A stretch of DNA of 64,000 bases from Candidatus Latescibacterota bacterium (GTDB lineage Bacteria; Latescibacterota; UBA2968; UBA8231), in NCBI GenBank assembly GCA_965221775.1, contig CBDCSU010000006.1, positions 2,016,001 to 2,080,000 on the forward strand, given 5' to 3'. Every line of letters begins with the position of its first letter. Position 1 is the first letter of the stretch. The notes beneath the pieces were generated by a model. It searched no databases. It saw only the letters and a program-made list of their open reading frames with translations, and was not told the origin of the DNA. Made by a program: the position numbers and the translations under genes. Positions 38,911 to 49,577 of this stretch are shown here, in pieces.

Positions 38911-39147
38911 CTAGTTGACGGGTTCGCTCTCCAACTCGGCGAGGATCTCGTCCATGGACCACAGCCGCTCGGAGTCCTGGATCAGGACCTCGATGATGAA
39001 GGGATGGGCCTTCACCGTTCGGCTGTCGATGAACTGGAAACCCGGCGACCAGTTGCCGTCGCCGTCCTTGACGAACATGCTCTTGTCCTCGATGACGGTG
39101 ATCTCGTCGTCGCTGCCGTCGGCGCCCATGTAGCGATAGTTCGACAT
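38911..39147 (-). CDS. Small acidic hypothetical protein (78 aa)
   Basis: Strong RBS AGGGAGG; GC3-rich codon usage; MSNYRYMGADGSDDEITVIEDK... Confidence 0.65.
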   Translation of the reverse strand: MSNYRYMGADGSDDEITVIEDKSMFVKDGDGNWSPGFQFIDSRTVKAHPFIIEVLIQDSERLWSMDEILAELESEPVN

Positions 39148-39197
39148 CGCTTCCTCCCTTGCTGCCGTCCCACTTCGTCGTCTCGCGGAAAAACACA

Positions 39198-39213
39198 TAC
39201 AAATTCCGTGCCA
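39198..39213 (-). promoter_or_regulatory. Candidate sigma54 (-24/-12) promoter
   Basis: Minus strand TGGCACGGAATTTGTA versus consensus TGGCAC-N5-TTGCW (one mismatch at -12), about 50 nt upstream of the small gene. Confidence 0.5.
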
Positions 39214-39652
39214 TCGTGCATTGGACCACTGATGCCCGGCGATCCGGTCCCGATGGCCGGCCGGAGGGGCCCCCGGTCTCCTTCTAGGGGCCCCGCCGGA
39301 GGTGTCCGCTGCCCCTGAGCACCCCTCGGGCTCCCAGCCGGTCCTCCGCCGATCGGCTTCAACTTGTTCATAATCAATCACATAAGAGTAACCGAACGGG
39401 ACTCTCCCGGCTCTTCGAGGTTGATCGGCGGCATGAGTTGCGCCGTAGGCAATTCCTGATACCAGTCTCAGATTTCCAGGGCGCCCGGGGCGGCCGCCGG
39501 GCGGGCCGGTGAGGATCCACCGGGCACGGCCGAGCCTGTTCACTACCGGACACGTGGTGTGTGCAGGCGTGCACGGGGGGCCAGAGTGCACTATTTGCAC
39601 CGGACACCCATGTTGAGCGTGACGCTCTGCGTTCACTTCTTTCTCACCGGCC

Positions 39653-40558
39653 ATGACGATTCCGGTACGACCCTATCGCCCCGACGACCTGAAGGGCGTC
39701 CGCGACCTCTACAACGACCTGCTCGTGGGCCGCGTCCCCCACTGCTGGCCGGTGGCGGCCTCGGCCCTGGGCGGGACCCTGGGTGCAGCGGAGGCCGAGC
39801 ACGACGGGGTCCGGCTGCTGGAGCAGGCGGTGCTCGTGGCGGGATCAGCCGACGGGTTCGTCCACGTCGGCCGCCAGGCGGTCCACAAGTGGCAGGACCA
39901 CGAGGTCGGCGTGATCCGCTTCCTCGCCTGCCGCCGCGGCGAGCGCGCCGTGGGCGATGCCCTGGTGCAGGCGGCCGAGTCCTGGATGGGTGAGCGAGGC
40001 CTGGGGCACAGCACCGTAATGCCCCAGATCTGGCGCTACCCGTTCTACGGCTTCCCCCACGCCTATCTGTCCGACCATCTCGATCACGTGCAGGCCCTGG
40101 TGCGGTTCCGCGGCTACACCCGGAGCGGCGGCGAGGTCTTCCTCGACTGGCCGGAGATGCAGCCGGAGCCGGGGGTCCAACCCGAGGGCCTGGACTTCGA
40201 CCTGAGCCTGGAGGACCGCCCGGGGGAGGGCCGCCTGCCGGGGCTGAGGCTTCGGGCTCTCCAGGGCGACGAGATCATCGGCACCTGCGTCCTGGTGAGC
40301 GGCGCCGACTCCTCCCCGTCGGCCGACGAGGCCCACGACTTCGCCTTCTGCGACTGGCTCGGCGTGAAAGAGGAGCACCAGGGCAACGGCCTCGGACGGT
40401 TCCTGCTGGCGCAGGCCATGTTCCTGGCGCGAGAGCGCGGCTACCGCCACGGCGCCATCAGCACCGCCCTGAGCAACGACCGCGCCTTCCTGTTCTATAC
40501 CAATCACGGCTTCCGGGTCGTGGACTGGACCTACGAGTTCTCGCGGGAGCTGTCGTGA
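39653..40558 (+). CDS. GNAT N-acetyltransferase (tandem domain)
   Basis: LGVKEEHQGNGLGR acetyl-CoA motif; NDRAFLFYTNHGF. Confidence 0.85.
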   Translation: MTIPVRPYRPDDLKGVRDLYNDLLVGRVPHCWPVAASALGGTLGAAEAEHDGVRLLEQAVLVAGSADGFVHVGRQAVHKWQDHEVGVIRFLACRRGERAVGDALVQAAESWMGERGLGHSTVMPQIWRYPFYGFPHAYLSDHLDHVQALVRFRGYTRSGGEVFLDWPEMQPEPGVQPEGLDFDLSLEDRPGEGRLPGLRLRALQGDEIIGTCVLVSGADSSPSADEAHDFAFCDWLGVKEEHQGNGLGRFLLAQAMFLARERGYRHGAISTALSNDRAFLFYTNHGFRVVDWTYEFSRELS

Positions 40559-41718
40559 CCGTCATCGATTCCCACGCCTACTGCTTTCCGCCCGGGGATT
40601 CCCCCGCCGGCCACGCCACCGCCGCCGACCACCTGAAGTGGGTCCAGGGCGGCCAGGCCTCCCACCACCAGCCGGCCTGGCGCATCCGCGACCGCGCTCC
40701 CGCCTCCTCCGAGGTGCTGGCCGCCCCCGGCGGGGCGATGGACTTCGACAACCTGCCCGATGTCGACTTCCGCGTCGATCACGACAAGGGGCGGGTCGTG
40801 TGGATCATCGACGGCGAGGACTACACCAAGCAGTTCTACCCGCCCAACCTGTCGCACCTGGAGTACACGCCCCACAACCTGATCGCCGAGATGGACTACG
40901 CCGGCGTCGACAAGGTTCTGCTCCACGTGGACGCCATGCTCGGCCGCGGTCCGGCCTTCCAGGCCGAGGCGGTCGCCGCCGACCCGGGGCGCATCTTCTC
41001 CATGGTCCCCGTCGACGAGTGGCGTCTCGCCCGAGAGCTGGAGGCGGTCACCGCCGAGACCGTGGCCGCCGTGGAGGAGCACGGGCTGCACGCGATCAAG
41101 TTCAACCCGCCCCACGCCTACTACTACCGCTCCGACCCGTGGGACGGCGAGCACCTGCGGCCCTTCTGGGAGGCCGTGGCCGGCCTCGGGGTGCCCGTGT
41201 TCTTCACCCTCGGCACCGGCCCCGGCGAGGCCTCGGTGACCCAGGGCCTCGAGAGCCGGCGCCGCGGCTACCTGGCCGAGTTGGAGATCCTGGCGCGCTG
41301 GATGGAGCGCTGGCCGGAGGTTTCGTGCTCCCTCACCCACGGCTTCCCGTGGCGCCTGTTCCTCGACGACGAGCCCTCCGGCTCGCCGACGCGGGTGGTG
41401 CTGCCCGATGGCGTCTGGGCCCCCTTCGACAACCCCAACCTGAGCCTGGAGGTCTGCTTCCCGGTGCGCCTGGGGGACCTCTTCGACTACCCGTACCGGG
41501 AGCTGTGGCCGACGCTGGAACAGATGGTCGAGCGCATCGGCGCGGGGCGGCTGCTGTGGGGCACGGACATGCCCTTCCAGAACCGGTTCTGCACCTACCG
41601 CCAGTCGCGCCGCTGGATCGAGGAGTACTGCGAGTTCCTCTCCGCCGAAGACCTGGCCGCGATCATGGGCGGCGCCTGCGCCCGCGTCCTCGGCCTCGGC
41701 GGCGAGACGGAAACCTGA
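40555..41718 (+). CDS. Amidohydrolase family protein (Amidohydro_2)
   Basis: IDSHAY, EMDYAGVD, RLLWGTDMP. Confidence 0.85.
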   Translation: MTVIDSHAYCFPPGDSPAGHATAADHLKWVQGGQASHHQPAWRIRDRAPASSEVLAAPGGAMDFDNLPDVDFRVDHDKGRVVWIIDGEDYTKQFYPPNLSHLEYTPHNLIAEMDYAGVDKVLLHVDAMLGRGPAFQAEAVAADPGRIFSMVPVDEWRLARELEAVTAETVAAVEEHGLHAIKFNPPHAYYYRSDPWDGEHLRPFWEAVAGLGVPVFFTLGTGPGEASVTQGLESRRRGYLAELEILARWMERWPEVSCSLTHGFPWRLFLDDEPSGSPTRVVLPDGVWAPFDNPNLSLEVCFPVRLGDLFDYPYRELWPTLEQMVERIGAGRLLWGTDMPFQNRFCTYRQSRRWIEEYCEFLSAEDLAAIMGGACARVLGLGGETET

Positions 41719-41741
41719 TAGCGAGAGAGGAGAAGGAGCAC

Positions 41742-42818
41742 ATGTCCGAAGAGACGAGGTACCGCTCGGCGATCGTGGGGCTGGGCTTCATCGGGGGCGC
41801 CGACCAGGTATCGGGCGACGGCGTCGGCCAGCGCGTGGTCGACCTCGACGGCACCCACGTGGCGGCCCTGCGCGGCCACCCCCGGGTCGACGTGGTCGCC
41901 GGCAGCAGCCGGGACGACGGCCGCCGGGAGCGTTTCCACGCCACCTACGGGGCGCCCGTCTTCGCCGACTGGCGCGAGATGCTGCGCGAGGCGGCGCCCC
42001 TGGACATCCTGTCCGTGGCCACCTACACCCCCACCCACGCCGAGATCACGGCGGCGGCGGCGGAAGCCGGCGTGCGCGCCATCTACTGCGAGAAGCCGAT
42101 CTCGGCGACCCTGACCGAGGCCGAGGAGATGCTGGCCGCCTGCGGCAGGTCCGGGACCCTGCTGGTGGTCAACCACAACCTGCGCTTCCACCCCGGCTAC
42201 CGGCAGCTGCGGGACCGCATCGCCGAAGGCGCCCTCGGCACCCTGACCTCGGCCTCGGTCCAGTGGACCTCCGGACGCCTCGGCAACGTGGGGACGCACC
42301 AGTTCGACGCCGTGCAGATGGTCACCGGCCTACCGGTGACCGCCGTCTCCGGCACCCTGGACTTGTCCGGGAAGCCCGACTGCCGCGGCCCGGATTTCAT
42401 CGATCCCGGGGGCTGGGGCATGCTGCGCCTCGGGCGCGACCTGCCCGGGGACGGCGAGGGGCCCATCGGCGACCTGATCTGCATGGTCGACGGCGCCGAC
42501 TACGGCACGGCGCCGCCGCGCCACCGCTACCACGGCACCGAGGGCTACGCCACCTGCCGCAAGCGCGACATCGAGATCGTCCGCGGCGACGACCGCGAGC
42601 TGATTCCCGACGACTCCCCCGACAGCGGCATGGACCGCGCCGTGGCCGAGATCGTCGACTGGCTCGACGGGGCGGGACCGTTCGGCTACGACGCCTCCGA
42701 GGCGGTGCGCACCCTGGAGGCGATCGTCGCCTTCCACGCCTCCCACCTCGCCGGCGGCGCCTGGGTCGAGCTGCCCCTGTCCGGCGCCGACCGCGACATC
42801 GTCGTGCGCTCCGGCTGA
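41742..42818 (+). CDS. Gfo/Idh/MocA oxidoreductase
   Basis: IVGLGFIG, IYCEKP, VGTHQFD. Confidence 0.88.
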   Translation: MSEETRYRSAIVGLGFIGGADQVSGDGVGQRVVDLDGTHVAALRGHPRVDVVAGSSRDDGRRERFHATYGAPVFADWREMLREAAPLDILSVATYTPTHAEITAAAAEAGVRAIYCEKPISATLTEAEEMLAACGRSGTLLVVNHNLRFHPGYRQLRDRIAEGALGTLTSASVQWTSGRLGNVGTHQFDAVQMVTGLPVTAVSGTLDLSGKPDCRGPDFIDPGGWGMLRLGRDLPGDGEGPIGDLICMVDGADYGTAPPRHRYHGTEGYATCRKRDIEIVRGDDRELIPDDSPDSGMDRAVAEIVDWLDGAGPFGYDASEAVRTLEAIVAFHASHLAGGAWVELPLSGADRDIVVRSG

Positions 42819-42824
42819 AGGAGG

Positions 42825-43550
42825 ATGGACGATCCCATGTTCGGTGAGATCCGCAACTCCCGGGGCGAGAGGCTCGAGTACACCTTGCACGAGGGCCGCG
42901 GCGAGGGCCTCGTCGTCATCGGCCACGGCGTCACCGGCAACAAGGACCGGCCCTTCGTGGCGGCCCTGGCCGAGGGCCTGTCGGCGGCCGGCCTGCACGC
43001 CCTGCGCTTCTCCTTCGCCGGCAACGGCGGCTCCGAGGGGCGCTTCGCCGAGTGCACCATCTCCAAGGAGGTCGACGACCTGGGCAGCGTTCTCGCCGCC
43101 GTGGGCGAGCGGCCCCTGTGCTACGTCGGCCACAGCATGGGCGCCGCCGTGGGGGTGCTGCGGGCGAGCTTCGACCGCCGCATCGGCTGGCTCGTGTCGC
43201 TGGCCGGCATGGTCCACACCCGGGCCTTCGCCGAGCGCGAGTTCGGAGAGGTGACGCCCGACGAGGGCTGCATGTGGGACGAGCCCGACTGCCCGCTCTC
43301 GAGTGCTTACATGCGGGACATGGCCGCCATCGGCTCGGTCGTCGACAAGGGCGCCGAGGTCTCCGTGCCGTGGCTGCTCTATCACGGCACCGAGGACGAC
43401 GTGGTGCCCCTGCAGGACTCGAAGGAGATCGTCTCCCGGGCCCCGCGGGCGGAGCTGGTGGCGCGGAGGGGAGCCGACCACGTCTTCAGCGACGATGCGG
43501 CCCCCATGGTGGAGCTCGTCACCGGCTGGATCTCGCTGCAGATGGGCTGA
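42825..43550 (+). CDS. Alpha/beta hydrolase
   Basis: GHGVTG, GHSMG, HGTEDDVV, ADHVF catalytic triad pattern. Confidence 0.88.
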   Translation: MDDPMFGEIRNSRGERLEYTLHEGRGEGLVVIGHGVTGNKDRPFVAALAEGLSAAGLHALRFSFAGNGGSEGRFAECTISKEVDDLGSVLAAVGERPLCYVGHSMGAAVGVLRASFDRRIGWLVSLAGMVHTRAFAEREFGEVTPDEGCMWDEPDCPLSSAYMRDMAAIGSVVDKGAEVSVPWLLYHGTEDDVVPLQDSKEIVSRAPRAELVARRGADHVFSDDAAPMVELVTGWISLQMG

Positions 43551-43551
43551 G

Positions 43552-44334
43552 ATGGCCTGGACCTTCAGCGAGCGCCACCTCGAGGAGCACGGCATGCTGG
43601 GGTACACGGTCTTCGCCGGGATCGTGCCGCCGCCGCTGCTGGCCGACCTGCGCCGCGTCTGCCAGCGGGCCCGGGAGCTGGCCCGCGAGCGCTCGGGTCC
43701 GCAGGCCCAGCGCCTGCAGCCGGTCTTCGAGTACGACCTCGACCACCGGCCCTTCACCGACTTCGCCGAGCTACCCGAGCTGGTGGACGCCGTCCACAGG
43801 ACCCTGTCCCCGGAGCACACCTTCGGCCTGCGGGACGGTCTCGGCGTCCTGCTGGAGCCGGCGGACGAGCCCTGGTGCACCCACTGGCACCGGGACTGGC
43901 GCGACAACGTCCTCGACCTCGACCGCGAGCGCTGGGAGGCCGACTACCGGGATCCGGCGCTCTTCAACCAGCTCAACTGCGCCCTCTACGAGGACTCCTC
44001 CACCTGGGTGGTGCCCGGCTCCCACCTGCGGCCCGACCTGCCCCGGGAGGAGGCGCGCTTCCCGGAGCGGCCCGTGCCCCGGCCGGAGCTGGCGGGGCTC
44101 ACCTTCGAGGAGCGGGAGCGCGCCTGCCTGGAGTACTGCCGCTCCCTGCCCGGCGCCCGCCAGCTGCACCTCGGGGCCGGGGACTTCTGCCTCTACCGCA
44201 ACACCCTGTGGCACATCGGCAGCTACGTGCCCTACCGCACGCGGGCGACCCTGCACGACCACGTGGATACCCCCGCGTACCGGGCCTGGCGCGAGAGCGA
44301 GCGCGACGCGGCGAGGCGGCGACGGGAGAGTTGA
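43552..44334 (+). CDS. PhyH-family Fe/2OG oxygenase
   Basis: WHRD, VVPGSH, LWHIG...RATLH. Confidence 0.85.
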   Translation: MAWTFSERHLEEHGMLGYTVFAGIVPPPLLADLRRVCQRARELARERSGPQAQRLQPVFEYDLDHRPFTDFAELPELVDAVHRTLSPEHTFGLRDGLGVLLEPADEPWCTHWHRDWRDNVLDLDRERWEADYRDPALFNQLNCALYEDSSTWVVPGSHLRPDLPREEARFPERPVPRPELAGLTFEERERACLEYCRSLPGARQLHLGAGDFCLYRNTLWHIGSYVPYRTRATLHDHVDTPAYRAWRESERDAARRRRES

Positions 44335-44354
44335 ATCGGCCGGGGCGCGCTGCC

Positions 44355-45539
44355 ATGACCGGGAGCGACTATCGGAAAATGCTGCGCGCGGCGGTCCTCG
44401 AGGACGCGACCTTCCTCCGTCTGACGATGAGCGGCAGGCGGCAGGGCAGCGACCTGCAGTGGCACAAGGCGGTGGTGCGCCCCGTCCTGATTCAGGGACA
44501 GCCGAGGATGCAGTTCTCCTGGTTCGATGGCCGCAAGGACATCACCGAGAACTGGGCGGATTCGGACCTGGAGCAGAAGCTGGAGGAGGCGCTGGCCCTG
44601 CCCTTCCGGCAGTTCCACCTGCAGGCGACCTCCGGCGACCTCTATGTGCGCGTCAGCAGGAAGGACAAGCCTCTCATCAACCGCACCCCGGCCTCGCTGT
44701 CCGGCCAACCCCTCATCGCCCACGACCGGGTGAAGGGGCATCTTCTGCCCCGTGGTACGCCGGACATCCTCCTGCAGGCCCTGGGCATCATGGACGGCAG
44801 CGGCCGCGTGCGTCCGCCGGCGCAGGGCAAGTTCCGCCAGGTCAACGAGTTCCTGCGCATCGTGTCACAGGTGGTGGATGAAGCGAATGGATCGGAGCGG
44901 CCCCTCGATATCGTGGACTTCGGCTGCGGCCGCGCCTATCTCACCTTTGCCGCCTATCACTACCTGCACCACATGCAGGGGCGTCCGGTCCGCGTTACCG
45001 GAATCGACCGCGACCGGGAGTTGGTGACGAAGTGCGACCGTCTGCGCGACGAGCTGGGTTGGACCGACCTTAGCTTTCGGACGGCGGCGATCTCCGACCT
45101 CGTGCTGGAGCGGCCGCCGGACCTGGTGCTGAGTCTGCATGCGTGCAACACCGCCACCGACGAGGCGCTGGCCCAGGGGATCCTGCAGGGCAGCGGCATC
45201 ATCCTGGCCGCGCCCTGCTGCCAGCACGAGCTGCGCCCGCAACTCCAGGCGCCGCTGTTCCAACCGGTGCTGCGCCATGGCGTGCTCAAGCAGCGTACCG
45301 CCGAAATCCTGACCGATGCCCTGCGGGCCTTGACGCTGCGCATCATGGGCTATCGCACCGACGTCCTGGAGTTCGTCGATCCCGAACACACCGCGAAGAA
45401 TCTGCTGATCCGGGCGCGGCGCGGACTGCCGCCCGGCGACCCGGACCTGGTTCGGGAGTACCGGGAGCTTCGGGACTTCTGGCAGGTGACACCGACGCTC
45501 GAGGGGCTCGGCAGCACCTTCGGGCAATATGTCGAATAA
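44355..45539 (+). CDS. SAM-dependent methyltransferase (Methyltransf_32-like)
   Basis: KFRQVNEF, VDFGCGRAYLTF, LHACNTATD, APCC, HTAKN. Confidence 0.88.
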   Translation: MTGSDYRKMLRAAVLEDATFLRLTMSGRRQGSDLQWHKAVVRPVLIQGQPRMQFSWFDGRKDITENWADSDLEQKLEEALALPFRQFHLQATSGDLYVRVSRKDKPLINRTPASLSGQPLIAHDRVKGHLLPRGTPDILLQALGIMDGSGRVRPPAQGKFRQVNEFLRIVSQVVDEANGSERPLDIVDFGCGRAYLTFAAYHYLHHMQGRPVRVTGIDRDRELVTKCDRLRDELGWTDLSFRTAAISDLVLERPPDLVLSLHACNTATDEALAQGILQGSGIILAAPCCQHELRPQLQAPLFQPVLRHGVLKQRTAEILTDALRALTLRIMGYRTDVLEFVDPEHTAKNLLIRARRGLPPGDPDLVREYRELRDFWQVTPTLEGLGSTFGQYVE

Positions 45540-45575
45540 CGGACGGGGAAGATCGACCAGAGGGAGAGAATCGCC

Positions 45576-46385
45576 ATGGATGTGTTGAGCAGGGAAGAGC
45601 TCGAGTTCTTTGCCGAAGAGGGATATGTCGTCGCCCGTGAGGTGATCGACCGCGATCAGGCCGAGCGTACGGCACGCGCCGTGTGGGCCTTCACCGGCAT
45701 GGACCCGGACGATTCAGGGACCTGGTACCCTGAGGAGCGGCGCGGCATCATGGTCGAGATCTACCAGCACCAGACCATGTGGGACAACCGCACCGCCCCG
45801 CGGGTGCACCGGGCCTTCAGCCAGGTCTGGGGGACCGACAAGCTGTGGGTCAGCCACGACCGGGCGAGCATCAGCCCCCCGGCCCTGGACAAGGACGCGC
45901 CCGAGCACGGCCTGCACTGGGACGCCTCCCTGGACAACCGCCCGTTGCCCTTCGGCGTGCAGGGCGTCCTCTACCTGAACGACACGCCCGCCGAGCAGGG
46001 GGCCTTCGTCTGCGTGCCGGGGTTCCACCGGCGCCTGGAGGCGTGGCTCGACGAGTTGCCGGAGGGGGCCGACCCCCGCGGCCAGGACCTGCTGGCCCTG
46101 GGGACGCGTCGCATCGGCGCCGAAGCGGGGGACCTGGTCATCTGGCGCACCGCCCTGCCGCACACGGCCAGCCTAAACCGCGGCGACAGTCCCCGAGTGG
46201 CGCAGTACATCACCATGAGTCCCGCCGGCGACAGCGAAGAGGCGCGGCGCAAGCGCACCGACTTCTGGCAGCGGCGGCTCTCCGGGCTGGGGCGCTACGC
46301 CGAGGAGCGCGAGGCCCGCGAAGGGAAGACGGCGGAGCTGACGAGCCTGGGGCGGAAGCTGGCGGGGGTGGATCCGTGGGAGTGA
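45576..46385 (+). CDS. PhyH-family Fe/2OG oxygenase
   Basis: EGYVV, LHWD, VQGVLYL, CVPGFH, LPH...R. Confidence 0.85.
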   Translation: MDVLSREELEFFAEEGYVVAREVIDRDQAERTARAVWAFTGMDPDDSGTWYPEERRGIMVEIYQHQTMWDNRTAPRVHRAFSQVWGTDKLWVSHDRASISPPALDKDAPEHGLHWDASLDNRPLPFGVQGVLYLNDTPAEQGAFVCVPGFHRRLEAWLDELPEGADPRGQDLLALGTRRIGAEAGDLVIWRTALPHTASLNRGDSPRVAQYITMSPAGDSEEARRKRTDFWQRRLSGLGRYAEEREAREGKTAELTSLGRKLAGVDPWE

Positions 46386-46437
46386 GTCGGCGGCGGGAGG
46401 GGAGTGAGAGTAGATTTGTGGCCGGAGCAGGCATTCT

Positions 46438-49400
46438 ATGACTGAGCGTTTCTTCGAGCGACCGATTCTCAACTCCCCCTACGAGCGCCCGTCCCGGCAT
46501 TGGGAGCTGGACGAGACCGGACAGCCGACCCAGAGAATCATCGAGAGTCGCCGCAAGGCGGAGTTCATCACGCCGATCCCGAAGCCCCGAAAGCGCAAGG
46601 GGGCGGGGCAGCAGGCCCTCGTATTCGACGAAAAGGCGCAGAAGCTCGGGACCGATGGCCAGCAGTACGACCTGACCGCCATCATCAATGGGGTTCGCCA
46701 GGAGGTCGACCGCTGGCGCGAGCTGCCGGAGGCTCAGTGGCAGGTGACCCCGGAGACGGCCCGCCTGCTCCGGCACTGGCGGCACCACCACTTCAGCGGC
46801 ATCCGTCCCTTCTTCTGCCAAGTCGAAGCGGCGGAGACGGCCATCTGGCTCACCGAGGTCGCCGGCTCGCGAGCGGGCCGGGGCTTTCTCGATCATCTGG
46901 CCAACGCCAACGACGAGGCCAACCCGGACTTGCCTCGCCTGGCCCTCAAGCTGGCAACCGGCGCCGGCAAGACCACGGTCATGGCCATGCTGATCGCCTG
47001 GCAGACTGTCAACGCGGTGCGCCGGCCTCAGAGCCGTCGCTTCACCCGCGGCTTCCTCGTGGTCACCCCAGGGATCACCATCAAGGACCGTCTGCGCGTC
47101 CTGCAGCCGAACGACCCGGACAGCTACTACCAGCGCCTCGAGCTGGTCCCCAACGACATGCTTCCCGACCTAGAGAAGGCGAAGATCGTCATCACCAACT
47201 ACCACGCCTTCAAGCTCCGCGAGCGCATGGAGATGTCCAAGGGGGGCCGTTCCCTGCTGCAGGGACGGGGCGAGTCGATCGCCACCTTGGAGACCGAGGG
47301 GCAGATGCTGCAGCGGGTCATGCCGGAGCTCATGGGCCTGAAGAGTATCCTCGTCCTCAACGACGAGGCCCACCACTGCTACCGCGAGAAGCCGGGAGAG
47401 GCGGAGGAAGAGACGCTGAAGGGGGACGACAGGAAGGAGGCCGAGAAGAACACGGAGGCCGCCCGGCTGTGGATCTCAGGGCTGGAAAACGTCGGCGAGA
47501 AGCTGGGCATCAACCGGGTGATCGACCTGTCGGCCACCCCCTTCTTTCTGCGCGGCTCCGGCTACGCCGAAGGCACGCTGTTCCCCTGGACGATGTGCGA
47601 CTTCTCGCTCATGGATGCCATCGAGTGCGGCATCGTCAAGCTGCCCCGCGTGCCGGTGGCCGACAACATTCCCGGCGGCGAGATGCCGAAGTTCCGCAAC
47701 CTGTGGGAGAATATCCGCGAGGACATGCCGAAGAAGGGGCGGAGCAAGGCCAGCCACCTCGATCCCTTGAGTCTGCCCGTCCAACTGCAAACTGCCCTGG
47801 TCGCGTTGTACGGTCACTACCACAAAGTCTTCGAGGGAATGCAGAAGGCGGGCATTGCCGTGCCCCCCTGCTTCATCGTCGTCTGCAACAACACCTCCAC
47901 CTCTAAGCTGGTCTACGATTACATCTCCGGCTTCCACCGCGAGAACGAGAACGGTTCGACGACGTTCGAGAACGGGCGCCTGGAGTTGTTCCGCAACTTC
48001 GAGGACGACGGCACCCAACTCCCGAGGCCCCACACCCTCCTGATCGACAGCGAACAGCTGGAGTCCGGGGAGGCGCTGGACAGAAACTTCCGGCAAATGG
48101 CCGCCGACGAGATCGAGCGCTTCCGGCGGGAGATCGTCCAGCGCACCGGGGACCTCCGCCAGGCCGAGAAGATCACCGACCAGGATCTCCTCCGGGAGGT
48201 CATGAACACTGTGGGGAAGGAGGGCAGGCTCGGCGACTCGATCCGCTGCGTGGTGTCTGTGTCGATGCTGACCGAAGGGTGGGACGCGAACACTGTCAGC
48301 CACGTGCTCGGGGTCCGCGCCTTCGGGACGCAGTTGCTCTGCGAGCAGGTCGTCGGCCGCGCCCTGCGGCGCCAGTCTTACGATCTGAACCAGAAAGGCA
48401 GATTCAACGTCGAGTACGCCGACGTGCTTGGGATACCCTTCGACTTCACCGCCAAACCGGTAGTGGCGCCGCCCAAGCCGCCAAGACCGACGGTCCATGT
48501 GCATGCAGTGCGGCCGGAGAGGGACTCGTTGGAGATCCGTTTTCCGCGGGTGGCCGGGTACCGAGTGGAGCTGCCTGAAGAGCGGCTAGAAGCTGCCTTC
48601 AACGAGGATTCGGAGTTTGTCCTGACCCCCGAGGTGGTCGGGCCCTCGATTACGAGGAACCAAGGGATCATCGGCGAGGGGGTCGACCTCAACCTTGTCC
48701 ACACCAAGGGCCTGCGGACCTCGACCCTCCTGTTCCACCTGACTCAGCGCCTGCTCATCACGAAGTACCGGGACCCGGGGCAGGAGCCGAAGCTCCATCT
48801 CTTTGGGCAGCTCAAGCGGATCACCAGGCAGTGGCTCGACGGCTATCTCGTCTGCAAGGGGGGCACCTGGCCGGCCCAGCTCATGTACCAGGAGCTTGCC
48901 GACTTGGCTTGCGAGCGGATCGCCGCGGCCATCACCCGAGAGGGGATCGACACCCGCCCGGTCAAGGCGGTCCTCGATCCGTACAATCCCGTCGGTTCGA
49001 CCGCCCACGTTAACTTCAACACCACGAAGACGAGCCGCTACGAGACCGATTCCCGTCGCTGCCACGTCAACTGGGTCGTCCTCGACAGCGACTGGGAAGC
49101 GGAGTTCTGCCGCGTCGCCGAGTCTCATCCGCAAGTCAGGGCCTACGTCAAGAACCACAACCTCGGCCTGGAGGTCCCCTACCGGTCCGGCTCGGAAACG
49201 AAGACGTACCTGCCGGACTTCATCGTTCTCGTCGACGACGGCCGGGGCGACGACGATCTCCTGAACCTGATTGTCGAGATCAAGGGGTACCGGGGGGAGG
49301 ACGCCAAGGACAAGAAGGCGACCATGGACACCTACTGGATTCCCGGGGTGAACAACCACGGGGATTACGGTAGGTGGGCCTTTGCGGAGTTCACCGATGT

Positions 49401-49476
49401 CTTCGAGGTAGAAGCCGCATTCGATCGTTTGGTTGAGGAGCTTGGCTCCGAAGTGGAGATCCAGGCCAGCGAGTGA
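46438..49476 (+). CDS. res: Type III restriction endonuclease Res subunit (BPTD_3080-like)
   Basis: LATGAGKT, NDEAHH, SATP, MLTEGWD, QVVGRALR; C-terminal PDF...VEIKG nuclease. Confidence 0.92.
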   Translation: MTERFFERPILNSPYERPSRHWELDETGQPTQRIIESRRKAEFITPIPKPRKRKGAGQQALVFDEKAQKLGTDGQQYDLTAIINGVRQEVDRWRELPEAQWQVTPETARLLRHWRHHHFSGIRPFFCQVEAAETAIWLTEVAGSRAGRGFLDHLANANDEANPDLPRLALKLATGAGKTTVMAMLIAWQTVNAVRRPQSRRFTRGFLVVTPGITIKDRLRVLQPNDPDSYYQRLELVPNDMLPDLEKAKIVITNYHAFKLRERMEMSKGGRSLLQGRGESIATLETEGQMLQRVMPELMGLKSILVLNDEAHHCYREKPGEAEEETLKGDDRKEAEKNTEAARLWISGLENVGEKLGINRVIDLSATPFFLRGSGYAEGTLFPWTMCDFSLMDAIECGIVKLPRVPVADNIPGGEMPKFRNLWENIREDMPKKGRSKASHLDPLSLPVQLQTALVALYGHYHKVFEGMQKAGIAVPPCFIVVCNNTSTSKLVYDYISGFHRENENGSTTFENGRLELFRNFEDDGTQLPRPHTLLIDSEQLESGEALDRNFRQMAADEIERFRREIVQRTGDLRQAEKITDQDLLREVMNTVGKEGRLGDSIRCVVSVSMLTEGWDANTVSHVLGVRAFGTQLLCEQVVGRALRRQSYDLNQKGRFNVEYADVLGIPFDFTAKPVVAPPKPPRPTVHVHAVRPERDSLEIRFPRVAGYRVELPEERLEAAFNEDSEFVLTPEVVGPSITRNQGIIGEGVDLNLVHTKGLRTSTLLFHLTQRLLITKYRDPGQEPKLHLFGQLKRITRQWLDGYLVCKGGTWPAQLMYQELADLACERIAAAITREGIDTRPVKAVLDPYNPVGSTAHVNFNTTKTSRYETDSRRCHVNWVVLDSDWEAEFCRVAESHPQVRAYVKNHNLGLEVPYRSGSETKTYLPDFIVLVDDGRGDDDLLNLIVEIKGYRGEDAKDKKATMDTYWIPGVNNHGDYGRWAFAEFTDVFEVEAAFDRLVEELGSEVEIQASE

Positions 49477-49577
49477 CCAGCCACTCCGTGGCGGGTACAT
49501 CATGGTGCGGCGTAGGAACAGGCCACGGGGCTTTGGCCACTAGGCTCCCGAGTTCAGAAATCGAGAGAGGAAAGAAC

